This document shows, piece by piece, positions 27,401 through 42,400 of a DNA stretch of 64,000 nt. The translations under genes were made by a program, and so were the position numbers. The notes below the pieces were generated by a model that was not told where the DNA came from, searched no databases, and was given only the letters and a program-made list of their open reading frames with translations. Origin of the DNA: Glaucostegus cemiculus (taxonomy: Eukaryota); the NCBI GenBank assembly GCA_976551045.1, contig CDPCPM010000030.1, forward strand, positions 2,356,001 to 2,420,000. Reading direction: 5' to 3'. Numbering within the stretch: the first letter of the stretch is position 1; every line of letters starts with the position of its first letter.

Positions 27401-30400
27401 GACACCAGTAGTCACAGCCCTCCAATCCGAGGGAACTCCCTCCACCACAACCCCCTGCTTTCTACAGACAAGCCAATTCCTGATACAGCCAATCTTCCCT
27501 GGATCCCCCTTGACCTTTTGAAGAAACCTGCCATTCGGAACCTTATCGAACGCCTTACTAAAATCCATTTAGAACACATCCACCTCATTGCCCTTATCAA
27601 TCCTCCTCGTCACCTCCTCAAAGAATTCTATTAGGCTCGTGAGGCAAGATCGTCCCTTCACAAAGCCATGCTGACTGTCCCTAATCAGTCATGACTCTAC
27701 AGGTGTTCATTGATCTTATCCCTCAGAATCCTTTCTAACAGCTTACCCAGCACAGGCGTGAGACTCACCGGTCTGTAATTCCCTGGACAATCCCTACTAT
27801 CTTTCTTGAACAAGGCGACAGCATTCGCTACCGGCCAATCCTCCAGTACCATCCCCGTGGACAACGAGGACTCAAGGACCCTCACGAGCGGATCAACAGT
27901 CTTCTCCCTCACCTCTAAAAGCCGCCTGGGGAACATTTCGTCAGGCGCCGGAGACATAACTGTCTTCCTGGGAGAGCATTTTGGGGACAGTGAGCATTGC
28001 TCCATAACCTTTCGAAATTTCAAGAAAAGGGATAGGTGCAGAGAGGACAGGACGATATTTAATTGCTTAAGGACAAACCATAAAGCTACAAGGAGAGAAC
28101 TTGGGAAGATGATTTGGGACGTCCTTTTTGAAGTGAATTTTATTTTGGATATTTGAACGTTGTTCAGGGATATTTTGCTGAATTCATTGAGAAATATGTC
28201 CAGGTGAGGCAGAGAAGGAACAAAAGGGTGAAGGAACAGAAGGTGACGAAAAAGGTGGAACAACTTGTTAGGAAGAAGAAGACAGCATTCATAAGGTTTT
28301 AGCAGCAAGTTTCAGACAGGGCCCGTGAGGAATACAGAGTAGTAAGCAAGGAGCTCAAGAAAGGGTAGAGGAGAGGTCGAAAGGGACATGGAAAGGCTTT
28401 GGATGATAGGGTTAATGAAAATCCCAACGGTTTTTTTCTCATACGTGAAGGGCAGAAGGATGGCTAGGATAAAGGTAGGTTCTATTAAAGACAAAGGTGG
28501 GTGGATGTGCCTGGAGGTGGGACAAAGAAGGCGGAAGTGGGAGAAGTTCTCAATGAACACTTCGCTTCGGTATTCACCAAGGACAGGGGTCTTGATGACG
28601 CGGAAGAAAGCTTTGGTAAGGGTGGTTTTCTTGAGTATGTCGATGTCAAGGGAGAGGATGTGTTGAAGATGTTAAGTAATATCAAGACAGATAAGTCTCC
28701 GAGGCCTCACGGATTATTCCCCAGGCTGCTTCGAGAGGCGAGGGAGGAGATTTTTGAATCGCTGGTAAGGATCGTTCAGTCCTCGTTTTCCACAAAATTG
28801 GTACCTGAAGATTGGAGGGTGGAGAATGTTTCCCCTGATTCAGTAAGGCGAGTAGGGATAGTCCTGGGAATTACAGACCAATGAGTCTCATGTCTGTGTT
28901 GGGGAATCGGTTAGAAAGGATTCTTTTTCAATCTTTTTATTGGTTACAAATCAATACAGATTAATATATAGCACCAATGTTCAGACATGTATTACAGATA
29001 GATCAGGATAACAATCATAGCATAGGTAATCATAAGAAACAGTAAAGTATATATTTTTTAAAATACTAAGAAACAATAAAGTATACTTAAAAATAGATCC
29101 AACAATCTCTTGGTTGATGAATATAGCATGAAGTTTAAGAAAGAAAAAAGATCTGTGATATAAATTGGAAAAAATAAAATAAATAAAACACTAATCAATA
29201 AAACAATTGTAACATTTTAAAGTAAACTGAACAGAAAATTTTAGAGAAAAAGAAAACAACAAAAAAGGTTGGGCTAAAATTTCTCAACAGAAGCAGGGCA
29301 ACATTATGTCGTCAGCTCCGTTCCTCTGAATTAAAATGTTATTGAAAGGGAATCTACATCAGGTGAAAATATTAAATAAATGGACTCCAAATATTTTCAA
29401 ATTTAAGCGAAGGATCAACAGTATCACTCTTAATTTTTTCCAAGTTTAAACATGATATAGTTTGAGAGAACCATTGAAAGGTCGTAGGGGATATTGGATG
29501 CTTCCATTTATGCAGCATGGTTCGCTTGGCCAGCAATGTAACAAAGGCAATCATACCGTGAGCAGAAGCAGATAAATGGCCAGAACGTATCCATGGCAAT
29601 CCAAAAAAATTGCGGCAATAGGATGAGGTTGGAAATCAATCTTCAGTACACTAGAAATAATAATAAAAATGCCTTTCCAATATTTTTCTAAAAGAGGACA
29701 GGACCCAAACATATGTTTCAAAGAGACCACACTCGATTTACATATATCACAGAAACGGTTATATAAACGAGCTGGCTTACCTTTGGACATATGGGTCCAC
29801 TACTCTCCTTGAAACGACATCAATGAGTGTCTGGCAGACATTGACGATGTATTAACTAAATGAAGAATTTTCTTCCAAGTCTCTGTAGGTATAGATATCT
29901 GGAGTTTACTTTCCCAATCATTCTTAATTTTGTCCCATGACTCTGGTAGTATTTTCATGATTAAGACAGATTCAGAAGGTCATAGGCAAATGGATCCGGG
30001 GAAGATTGGCCATATGGATTAGGAATTGGGATGCCTGCAGAAATCAGATGGTTGTGGTGGAGGGGGTGCCCTAGGATTGGAGGGCTGTGACCACTGGTGT
30101 TCCACGGGAATTCTGTTATGGGACCTCTACTTCTTGTTATATTTATTGGCTACTTAGCTGAGGGTGTGGAAGGCTGGTTTAGCAAGTTTGCAGGTGACAC
30201 TAAGATCGACGATGCTTTGGATAGTGTGGAGGACTGTCGGAGCTTACAGAAGGATATTTATAAGAAGAAGAGTTGGGAAGACAAGTGGCAAATGGAGTTC
30301 AATCCGGAGAAGTGTGAGATGGTACACTTTGGAAGGACAAATTCCAGGGTAGAGTATAAGGTAAATGGCAAGGTACTTGCAGTATAAAGAGCAGAAAGAT

Positions 30401-33400
30401 CTGGAGGATCATATCCACATAAAACTGAAAGTTGTCTCAGAGGTGGATAGGGAAGTTAAGGAGGCCTATTGGATTCTAGTTTTCATAAATCGTGAGATTT
30501 ATGAGCCGCGAAGTGATGAAGAAGCTTTACAAATCTTTGTTTCGACCACACTTATAGTACTGTATTCATTTCTAGCCTCCGCATTACAGGAAGAATGTGA
30601 ACGCGCGGGAGAGGGTGTGAGATTTACCAGGATGCGGCCTGGATGAGAGAATATGGAACATGCGGAGAGACTTAAGGTTCTCGGGCTTTACTCATTGGAG
30701 AGGAGGAGGATGAGGAGATACGTGATAGAGGTGTATAAAATTTAACATGGAATAGATAGATTAGACAGCCAGCACCTCTTTACCAGGGCACCTATTCAAC
30801 AAACGAACGCATGAAGTTAATGGGCGGGATGTTCAGGTGAAATGTCAGAGGGCGGATTTACACCCAGAGAGTAGTTGGTGCATGGGATGCGCTGCCTGGG
30901 GTAGTGGTGGATGCAGATACATTGAACAGGTTCTAGAGATAGTTGGATAGGGATAAGAAGGAATGTGGGTCTGAAATATATGTGGGAGAAAAGGGTGACA
31001 TAGTGTTAAGTGTGTTTTGATAGACGGCAAAACATGGTGTGCCGAATGGCATGTATTGGGCTGTATTTTTCTATGTTCTATGTTCTGTGAGTCTTTGTGG
31101 AAAGCTTATATCGTGGATCAATGACTACGGTCGGCAGTTAGGTTGCTTTTGGTGGTCTTTGATGGTGGTGATGCAGAGTGTTGCAGGCGGTGAAAATGAA
31201 TGATGACTTTAGGGAGAGTGTGTAACTGGGAATGTGATGGACAGACTTAGGTCAGACAGGAAGACTGATGGAGATTGGAGGAAATAATTACGCAGGAAAT
31301 GATTGAGGAAGGTGGGAAGGGAACCGTGACAGGATGGAGTGGGAGATTGCTGGAGAGAAAGTTGGGACACCGTCCCTGATTGAGCACAAAACCTCCAGAG
31401 AATGCAAGCTCTGGTATCAGCAATGCGGAGCATTCAAGGGAACGCGAAGCCCCAAGTTCAGGCACTGAATCTGAAACTGGAAGTGACTGAGAGGCGTGAT
31501 GTGGAGGGAGAGAGCTTCGAAGGGAGAGATATTGAAAAGAGATACATGATGTCTGTTTCCCCACAGATCCAGACCCATCTTCCCCAGACACCTTTCCCAG
31601 TGTTTGACCTCCTTTGCGGCATCCAATCACCCATGTCTCTCTTCCTTTCTTCCAGTCCCAGAGACATCGAAAATGGAACAATCCGGAGGAACATCCAATG
31701 ATGCATCAAGACAGGAGCCACCTACTATCCCAGCAGGAAACGCGTCCTCAGGTACCAAGACTTATATCAATGGGGCCATTATGCAAGGATGTGGCCCCGA
31801 AGATCCTGCGAACCATACAATAGATGTGAATGTCAGCTTGACATGATGGATGCTGTTAGTTCCACACATGCTGCCAATTTCTGAAGTGCTCGAGACCTCT
31901 GAAAATGGTGCGTGCACTTTCTCCGATTGGGCAACCATGGATGGAGGCTGGTTTAGATTACAATGTGGAAGTGGGCACGTGGACCGATCAGAAGGATTGA
32001 GAACTGGTATTTGTTGTCAAGGAATAGGAAATGCCCGGTAGGTGTGTTTGGAGCGAATTTCAGGCAGGATTTAAAAGACTGATTTATAAATTCATGAGCA
32101 GTACTGATTGGTTTGACTGTATGGATCATGTACTGTTATCAGAAGTGAACACAGAGGACATCAGTTCGGCAAGGGTTCAGATGTTTAGAAGGGATTCCAG
32201 CAAGATGTCTACACACCAGAGGACACTTTGTGTGTCAGGGTATCAGGAAAAATGTTGGAGTGTCAGCGCCTTGGGGTACACTGGAGGTTAGGCAGAATAG
32301 AATGCACTCTGGCTCTGAACATCAAAGGACCTTTGGATATCCCTGTGATATCAGAATGCAAGAATGGTCGGATGAGCTCCCATGTCTCTGTTCCTTTATT
32401 CCAGACATGAAAACCTCCCCAATGGAACAACAGAGCAGATCATCAACTGAAGAGCTCTCGCAGGAACTATCCTCTGTCTCCATGAGTGAGACAGCCTCAT
32501 TCACAAAGTTTTGAGTGTTTGATCATTCATGCAATCTCACTGATGCTGTGACATATCACTTATTGCAGACAGATTCCCCTTTGTGGCATGCATTGCCGCA
32601 GGGTGGCGTATGACCGTGTTTATTGTTTATCTCTCCCCTCTGTGCCTATCTTCAGTTGCAACTGAGGTCTCCACGCGCGACATTCAGAAACTTGGTATGA
32701 GCTTCATTCATGGGTCTCGATGAGATTTGTTGGTAGCCAGAGCAGCAGAACTGAGATCTGAGGTTTGGTAACTGGGAGAATTTGAGTGGTGATTTTTCAG
32801 TCACCCTGAGGAATAACTAGGATCTGGGTGAGGGAGAGGACGGGAGGCTTCACTGATGCTGACACACAAGGATGACAAGCAGCGGAAAGGTTACGAATAT
32901 CAATTTGTTCAGTGGCATGGACATCAGGAAATGTGGGCTTTAGAGGATCACCTGCTGAGCCTGGGATGATTGAATGTGACGACTTTCGATCCTGTGGCTG
33001 AGGGATAGGATACTGGTCGTCGTGCGGGTGCGCGGGAATGCCAAGTGGTTTGAAGCATAGATGGAGGGGTGGAAGTACACTGGACTTTTGAATTATGGAA
33101 ATATTAGAGGGCATGTGGACGTTATTGAATTTCGGAGGCCTGGTGCCTTCTGCAGTGTATGATGTGTTGCGGTAGGCGAAGGTATTCTATGGTTTGGGCA
33201 CCAGAGAGTGATGTGCCAATGAAGCAATGTTGAGTCTTTGTGGAATGCTTCAGTCGTGGACCAATGACTGGTGTCATTGAGGATGTCTGCAGTGGTTTTT
33301 GAGTGCGGTGACACTGAGTGCTAGAAAGTGTGAGGGAGAATGATGACTTGAGGGGAGGGTATAACTGGGAGTGTGAAGGAGAGACTTAGGTCAGAGAGGT

Positions 33401-36400
33401 GGACTTCTGGAGATTAAAGTGAATGATTACTCAGGAACAGATTGAGGAAGGTGGGATGGGAACAGTGACAGGATGGAGGGGAGAGATTACTGATGAGAAA
33501 GGAGATTCATGGTCCCTGATTGACCACAAACCCACCAGAGACTGCAAGCTCTGATATCAGCAGTGTGGATCATTGAAGGGAACACGAATCCCCAGGTTCA
33601 GGCACTGAAGCTGAACCTGGCTGTGACTGAGAGGAGTGATCTCGAGGGACAGAGCTTCAGAAGGGAGAGGTAAAACATAGAATATAGAAAAGCCATCGTA
33701 AAATTCAGGGCCTTCGGCCCAAAACGCTGTGCCGAACATGTCCCTACACTAGAAATCACCAGGCATTCCCATAGCCCTCTATTTCACTCAGCTCCATGTC
33801 CTATCTAACAGTCTCTTGAAAGACCCCATCGTATCCGCCTCCACCACTGCCTCCGGCAGCCCATTCCACGCACTCACCACTCTCTGAGTAAAAAAGACCC
33901 CTGACATCTCCTCTATATTTACGCACCAGCACCTTAAACCTATGTCCTCTTATGGCCACAATTTTAGCCCTGGGGAAAAGCCTCTGGCCATCTACCCGGT
34001 CAATGCCTCTCATCATCTAATGTACCTCTACAAGGACCCCCACATCCTCCTTCTCTCGAAGGAGAAAAGGCCGAGTTCCCGCAACCTGCTCTCACAAAGC
34101 ATGCTCCAAATTCCAGGCAGCATCTTCGTAAACCTCTTCTATATTGAATATTAATATTGATATTAAACGGAGATGCAGGATGTCGGTTTCACCACAGATC
34201 AAGCCCCTTTTCCCCAAATGACATTCCCACTCTGACTGTCCTTCTTTGCCGCTTCCAAACTGCCATGTCTTTCTTCGTTTCTTCCAGTCCCGGAGACTTC
34301 CAAAAGGGAACAATCCAGAGGATCATCCAATGGAGCATCAGCACAGGAGACGACCTCTATCCCAGCAGGAAACACGTTCTCAGGTACCAAAACTGATGCC
34401 AATAGCGTCAGGCAGCAAGACTGTGTCTCGAAGCTAGTGTGAAACATGCATTTGTTGTATTTGCATTTCAGTATGACATGATTGCTGGTGTTATTTCCAC
34501 ACCTGCTGCCAATTTCAGAAGTGCCTGAGACGTCTGAAAGGGTAGGTGCATGGGCAACCATGATCGGAGGCTGGTGTAGATCACGATGTGGAGGTGGGCC
34601 AGAGGCCAGTGCAGGAGGATGAGTCATGGTGTTTGCATTCAAGGGATAGAAAGTGGCCAGTGTGTGTGTTTGGAGTGACATCCAGACAAGACTTACAAGA
34701 TTTATTTATTACTTTATAAGCAGTACGGATTGGTTTGACTGAAGGAACCAGGTCCTGTTATGAGAAGTGAATACAGGGAACGAGTCTGCAAACCAGCGGA
34801 CACTTGGGGTGTCTGGGTATCAGGGGGCATGTTAGAGTGTCTGTGCCTTGGAGTACACTGGAGGTTAGGAAGAAAGTTGTGCACTCAAACTCTGAACATT
34901 CTTGGACACTTGGATATCTCTGTGACATAAGAGTGCAAGGAGGATCGGATGCACTCCCATGACTCTGGTCCTTTATTCCAGACATGAAAACTTCCCCAAT
35001 GGAACAACCGAGTGGATCATCAACTGGAAAGCCCACTCGGGAACCGTCCTTTATCCCCTTGAGTGAGACAGCCTCAGCTACGATGTCTTCTGTCTCTGAT
35101 GTTTCATACAATCTCTCCGATGTTGTGATATAGCACATATTGCAGACTGATTCACTTTCGTGCGTGCATTGCCGCAGGGAGGTGAATGGCGGTGTTATTG
35201 CTTATCTCTCAACTCTTCGCCTATCATCCTTCAGTGGCACCTGTGGTCTCCACGCCTGTCATTCAGCACCTTGGCATGAGCCTTTTTCATGGGACTGAAG
35301 GAGATTGGTTGACAACCAGAGCAGCAGATTTTAGACCTGAGCTTTGGTAACTGTGGGAATATAAGTGGTAACTTGGGGATGTTTAATTCAACTTCAGATA
35401 TGAATTGGATCTTGGTGAGGGAACGGACAAGGGTCTCCACTGATGATGAGAGCAAGGGTTGACAACCAGCTGAGAGGTTATAAACTACAATTTGGTCCCT
35501 GCATAGCTATTAAGAAATGTGGGCATGAGGGTTCAATGTCGAGCCTGCGCTGATTGAATATGAGGTATTACAACGGTGTGGCTGAGGGATAGGAGACTGG
35601 TCATTTTGTGGGTGGGGTCAGGTATACCTGGTGTTTTCAGGCACGGAAGGAGGGGTGGGAAAGCTCTGGACATTTGGACTTTGACTGTATTGGAGGCTAC
35701 GTTGAGGTTGTTCAATTTGGTAGGCGCGGGGTAATAAGGGAGATTATGAGCTGCTGCGGTTTGAGAGGGTGTTGTTGGATTTGATTATCAGATGATGATC
35801 GAGGTTTGAAGCAATTCTGGGTCATTCAGGAAACCTCGTGTCGTGCAGCAATTGCTGTCGTCAGGAACTGAGTGTGGCTTTCGTGCGTTTTGACGGTGGA
35901 AGCACAGTGGGTGTTGGAGAGGGTGAAGCCGACTGATGAGTGGAGGGAATCTGTGTAACTGGGAGAATGATTGACTGACTGAGGTTGCAGATGTGGACAG
36001 ATAGAAATGAGAGGGCCAGAGAGTCGCGGAATGATTGAGGAAGGAGAGATGGGAAATGTGACAGGACGGAGAGGAGATATTGCAGCAGAGAAATGAAAGA
36101 CACGATCCCTGATTGACAGAAAATCCACCAGAGTCTGCAGTTCTGGTATCAGATGCGTTGATCATTGAAGGGAACACTGATGCCCATGTTCAGTCACAGA
36201 AGCCGAACCTGGCTGTGACTGAGAGGTGTGATCTGGAGGGACAGAGCTACGGAAGGGAGAGTTATTGAACGGAGACGCATGTCGTTTGTTTCTGCACAGA
36301 CTAAGCCCCCACTCGCCCAAACACCTGTCCTAGTCTGATGACCTTCTTTGTCGCTACCAATTGTCCATGTCTCTATTTATTACAGACCCAGAGACTTCCA

Positions 36401-39400
36401 CAAGGGAAGCATCGGGAGCATCAAGACAGGAGCCGTCTTCAGTCCCAGCACGAGACATGTCCTCAGGTATCAGGACTTATGTCAATGTGGTCAATCAGCA
36501 AAGCACTGGCCTCGAAGCTCTTGCGAACCATTCAATTGTTAGATGTGCATTTCAGCCGGACATGATTGAAGATGTTGGTTCGATACCATGCTGCCAGTTT
36601 CAGAAGTGTTTGAGACCTCAAAAAAGGGAAGGTTAACTTTCCTGGAATGGGCAGTTTAGTTCGGAAGGCGGTGTAATTCAAGATGTGGAGTTTTGTCAAT
36701 TGACAGATTAGGAAGACTGAAAACTAGCGTTTGTCCTCAAGACATGAGAAGTGGCGAGAGACTCTATTTGGTGTGACCTTCGGGCAGGATTTACAAGGGT
36801 CGGATGTACTCCCATGCCTCTTTTCCTTTATTACAGACCTGAAGACTTCCCCTATGGAACAACCGAATGGATCATCAAATGGAGAGCACACACAGGAACT
36901 GTCCTCTGTCGCCTTGAGTGAGACAGCCTCAGGTACAAAATCTTGAGTGTCTAATGTTTCATACAATCTCTATGATGCTGTGATATCGCACTTATTGCAG
37001 ACTGAGCACCTTCGTGGCCTGCATTGCAGCAGGAAGGTGAATGACGGTGTTGGTTGTTTGTCTCTCCGCTCTGTGCCTATCTACAGTAGCAACTGAGGTC
37101 TCCACGGTGGACATTCAGCACCTTGGTTTGAGCCTCACACATGGGTCTGGATGTGACTTGCTGGCCACCAAAGCAGCAGAAGTGAAACCCGAGGTTTGGT
37201 AACTGGGGAATTTGAGTCGTCACCGAGGATGTGTCAGTCATCTTGAGGAGAAAGTGGGATCTGTGTGAGGAAGCGAACGGGAGACCTCACTGATGCTGAC
37301 AGCCAATATTGACAACCAGCGGCAAGGTTATGAATATCAATTTGTTCATTGGAATGGATATCAAGAAACGTGGGCTTCAGGAGAATCACTGGCTGAGGCT
37401 AGGATGATTGAATGTGAAGTGTTTGGATGGTGTCGCTAAGGGATAGGAGACTGGTCATCGTATGGGTGCGCGGGGATACCTGCAGTGTTGAGGGACAGAT
37501 GGAGGTGTGCAAAGGCACTGGAAGCTTGTACTTTGGCAATACTGAAGGGTTCTTGGAGGCTATTGTCTTTCGGAAGCCTGGGGTATCACGAAGTATCATG
37601 AATTGCTAGGGTTTGAGTGGGTGTTCTGGGATTTGGGCATCGGATATGCGTATGAACAAATTTTGAGTCTATGGGGAAAGCTTTCACAGTGGAGCAGTCA
37701 CTGGTGTCAGTAATTGAGGTAGTCTTTGTTGGTCCTTGAGTATGGTGACACTGAATGTCGGAGAAGGTGAGGAAGAGAGCTGCTTTGAGGGAGAGTGTGC
37801 AACTGGGAGGGTGTTGGGCGGGCTTAGATCAGAGCGGTTGACTGATGGAGTTTGGATGGAATAATTACACAGGAAATGATTGAGGATGGTGTTAAAGGAA
37901 CTGTGACAAGATGGAAGGGCGAGATTGCTGTAGAAGAAGGAGATACACGGTCCCAGATTGACCACAAACACACGATGGTCTGCAAACTATGTCATCCGTA
38001 GTGAGGATCATTGAAGGGAACACGAATCCCCACGTTCAGGCACTGTCCCTCCAGATCACACCTCTGATTAACAGCCAGGTTCAGCTTCAGGGATTCGGAA
38101 GGGAGAGATATTGAACGGAGATGCATGATGTTGGTTTTCCACAGATCCAGACCGCTCTTCCACAAACTCCTTTCCCACTCTGATTGTCCTGCTTTGCGGC
38201 TTCCAATCTCCCATCTCTCTCTCTGTTTATTCCAGTCCCAGAGACTTCCAAACAGGAACAATCTGGAGGAACACCCAATGCTGCATCAGCACAGGAGCCG
38301 TCTTCTATCCCAACAGGAAACACTTCCTCAGGTACCAAGACTATGGGGTAATTCATGAAACGATGTGGCCTCGAAGCTCCTGTCAACCATACATTTCTTC
38401 GATGTGCATTTTAGCTTGACATGATGGATGGTATCAGTTCCACTCCTGAACCCAACTTCAGAATTGCCTCAGACACCTGGAATGGGTGGGTGTACGTTCC
38501 GGAATGAGCAACCAGGGACAGAGGATAGTGTAGATCACGATGTTCTGGTAGGCCAGTTGACCGAGCAGGAGGACTGAAACCTGGGGTTAATTGTATGAGC
38601 TGTACTGATTGGTTTGACTGCAGGAAACATCTCCTGTTATCAGAAGTAAGTACAGAGGACATCAGTTCGGCAAGGGTTCAGATATTTAGAAGCGATCCCA
38701 GCAAGATGTCTGCACACCAGAGGACACTTGGAGTGTTTGGGTATCTGGGAGCATATTGGAGTGTGTAGGCCTTGGAGCACACTGGAGGTTAGGAAGAATG
38801 GAGTGCACTCTGGTTCTGAACATAAAAGGGCCACTGGATATCCCTGTGACATCAGAGTGCAAGGAGGATCGGATACATTCCCATGCCTCTGTTCATGTAT
38901 TCCAGGCCTGAAGACTTCCCTAGTGGAACATCCGAGTGGATCATCAACTGCAGAGCCAAAGCTGGAACCGTTCTCTGTTCACTTGAGTGAAACAGCCTCA
39001 AGTACTAAATCTTGAGTGTCTCATGTTCATTAAAATCTCTCTGATGTTGTGACACAGCACTTATTGCAGACTGTTCCACCTTCATGGACCCTCTGTGCCT
39101 ATCTTCAGCAGCATCGGAGGTCTCCCAGGGGGATATTTAGCTCATTAGTATGAGCTTCATTCATGGGCCAGATGACGTTTGTTGTCAGCCAGAGCAGCAG
39201 AACTGAGATCTGTGGTTTCGTAACTTACGGAGTTTCAGTGGTGACCTTTCAGTCAAACTGAGGAATAAATGGGATCTGGGTGAGCGAGCATCGGAAGGTT
39301 TCACTGAATCTGACAGCCACGATTGACAAAGAGCGGGAACGTTATGATTATCAGTGTCTTCACTGAATTTGATATCAGGACATGCGGACTTGAGGGGATC

Positions 39401-42400
39401 AATCACTGAGCTTTGTTTGATTGAATATGAGGACTTTGAACGGTGTGTCTGAGGGATAGGAGACTGGTTTTCGTGTGGGTGCGCGGGAATGCCTAGTGAT
39501 TTGAGGCGGAGATGTTGGGATGGAAATAAACTGGACTTTTGAATTATGGGAATATCAGAGGACAAATGGACGTTATTGACTTTCGGAGGCCTGGTGTCTT
39601 ATGCAGTGCATGAATTGTTGCGGTATGAGAAGGTGTTCTTGGATTTGGGCATTAGAGAATGATGAAACAATGAAGCAATATTGGATCATTGTGGAATGCT
39701 TCAGTCGTGGGCCAATGACTGGGCTCAGTAATTGAGTTCGTCTTTGGTGGTCTTTGAGTGTGGTGACACTGACTGTAAGAGGGTGAGCTATAATGATGGC
39801 TTGAGTGGAGGGGAGGGTGTAACTGGGTGTGTGATGGACCTACTTAGGTCAGAGCGGTGGACTGGTGGAGATGAGACTGTATAGTTACTCAGAAACTGAT
39901 TGAGGAATTTGAGATGGGAACTGTGACAGGATGGAGGGGAGAGATTGATGTGGAGAAAGGAGATACACGGTCCCTGATTGATCTCAAACCCACCAGAATC
40001 TGCAAGTTCTGTTCTCAGCAGTGTCGATCATTGAAGGAAATACGAATCCCCAAGTTCAGGCACTGAAACTGGCTTTGACGGATAGGAGTGATCTGGAGGG
40101 AGAGATTATCTGAAGGGAGAGAAACTGAACGGAGATGCATGATGTTGGTTTCTCCACAGATCCAGCCGCCTCTTCCCTAATATCATTTCCCTCTTCCAAT
40201 CTCCCATGTCTATCATCACTTATTCCAGTCATAGAGACTTCCAAACGGGAACAATCCGGAGGTTCATCCAGTGGAGCATCAGGACAGGATCCGTCTTCCA
40301 TCCCAACAGGAAGTACGCCCTCAGGTACCAAGATTGACGTCAATGGGGTCAGTCAGCAAGGCTGTGGCCTTGAAGCTCCTGTGAACCGTTCATTTGTTGG
40401 ACGTGCATTTCAGTTTCACATGATTGATGTTGTTATTTACACACCTGCTGCCAATTTCAGAAGGTCCTGAGACGTGGGGTTGGGCCAGTGGAGCGTAAAT
40501 GAGGACTGAGACATGCTGTTTTTATTCATTGAATAGGAGGTGGCCAGTGTGTGTGTTTGGAGTCACTTTCAGGCAGGATTTACATAGCCAATTTATTAAT
40601 TTCTGAGCAGTACTGATTGGTTTGACTGAAGTAGAAACAATCCTGTTTAGAGAAGTGAATGCAGGGGACATCAAATCGGCAAGATTATAGATATTTTGAA
40701 GGGATTCCAGCAAGATGGCTGCACACCAGCGGACACATGGAGTATGGGTATCTGCGAGCATGCTGGAGTGTCAGTGCTTTGGAGTACCCAGGGGTTTAGG
40801 AAGTATGTGGTGCACTCAAGCTCTGAACATTATGGGCCTCCTGGATATCCCTGTAACATTAGAGTGCAAAGAGGGTGTGATGCGCTCCCATGCCTCTGTT
40901 CCTTAATTCAGACCGGAAGACTTCCACAATAGAACAGCCGAGTGGATCATCAACTGGAGAGCCCACGCCGGAACTGACCTCTGTCCACTTGAGTGAGACA
41001 GCCTCAGGTTCTATGTCTTGTGTGTCTGATGTTTCATACAATCTCTCCGATGCAGTGATATAGCACTTATTACAGACTAATTTACCTTCGTGGCGTGCAT
41101 TGCCGCAGGGAGGTAAATGACGGTGTTGTTGCTTATGGCTCCACTCTGTGCCTCTCTTCATTCGCATATGAGGTCTCCAGGCCTTTCAATGAGCATCCAG
41201 ATTTGAGCCTCATTCAAGGGACTGAATGATATTGGTTGACAACCAGAGCAGGAGATGTTAGAACTGAGCTTCGGTAACTTTAGGAATATAAATTGTCACT
41301 AGGCGAAGTTTAATTCACCTTCAGGAATGAATTGGATCTGGGTGAAGGATCACACTCTAGCCTCTACTGGTGCTGGGAGACAGGGTTGACAACCATCTGA
41401 AAGGTTATAAACTTCAGTTTGTTTACTGGCATAGACATCAGGAAATGAGTGTATGGTGGATCACTTGTCGAGCCTGCGCTAATCGAATATGAGGTGTTAC
41501 AATGGTGTGGCTAAGGGATAGCTGGTGATTTGAGGCACAGAATGAGGGCTGGGAAAACACTGGACATTTTGATCTTGAGAATATTGCAGAGTATGTTGAC
41601 GTTGTTGAATTTGGAAGGCGTGTGGTAAAAGGAAAATTTCTGGAAAGCTTGTGTCGTAGAGCAATGACTGGGATCAGGAACTGAGGGTGGTTTTGGTGGG
41701 TTTTGAAGGTGGAAACACAATTTGTGTTGGAGAGGGTAAGGCCGATTGATGAGTGTAGGGAATGGGTGTAACTGAGGTCGCAGATGAGGTCAGAGTGAAA
41801 TTAGAGGGACAGAGAATCAGGGAATTATGAAGAAGTAAAGATGGGAAATGTGACAGGATGGAGTGGAGAGATTGCTGCAGAGAAAGGAGAGACACGATCC
41901 CTTATTGACCGAAACCCACCAGAGCCTGCAGCTTTGGTAGAAGCAGCGTGGATCATTAAAGAGAACACTGATTCCCATGTTCAGTCACAGAAGCCAAACC
42001 TCTCTGTGAGTGAAATGAGTGATCTCGAGGGACAGAGCTATGGAAGGGAGAGTTATTGAACTGAAACGCATGACGACTGTTTCACCGCAGACCCTGCCCC
42101 ATCTCCCCCAAACTTCTGTCCTAGTCTGAGGACCTGCTTTACGACTTCCAATCTCCATGTCTCTCTTCTTTTATTCCAGTCCGAGAGATTTCCGAAAGGG
42201 AAGCATCCGAGGGATCAGTAAATGAAGCATCAACACAGGAGCCGTCTTCTGTCCCAGCAGGAGACACGTCCTCAGGTACCAAGATGGTCAGGTATCAATG
42301 TGGATATTCAGTAAAGATGTGGCCTCGAAGTTCCTGTGAACCATTAAATTGTTAGATGTGCAGATCATCCGGACATGATTGATGGTGTTAATTCTATCCA

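Larger units (their letters stand above)
25856..31087 (+). mobile_element. Host CR1 LINE (pieces ~25856-26412, ~27966-28922, ~29966-31087) carrying two nested insertions
   Basis: GDELKAWI..ITET, MGDFNFPNIDW, GEHFGDSEH, KSPRPHG, SKFAGDTK, KWQMEFNPEKC; tail 'ttctatgttctatgttct'; array intron resumes 'gtgagtctttgtggaaagctt'. Confidence 0.9.
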
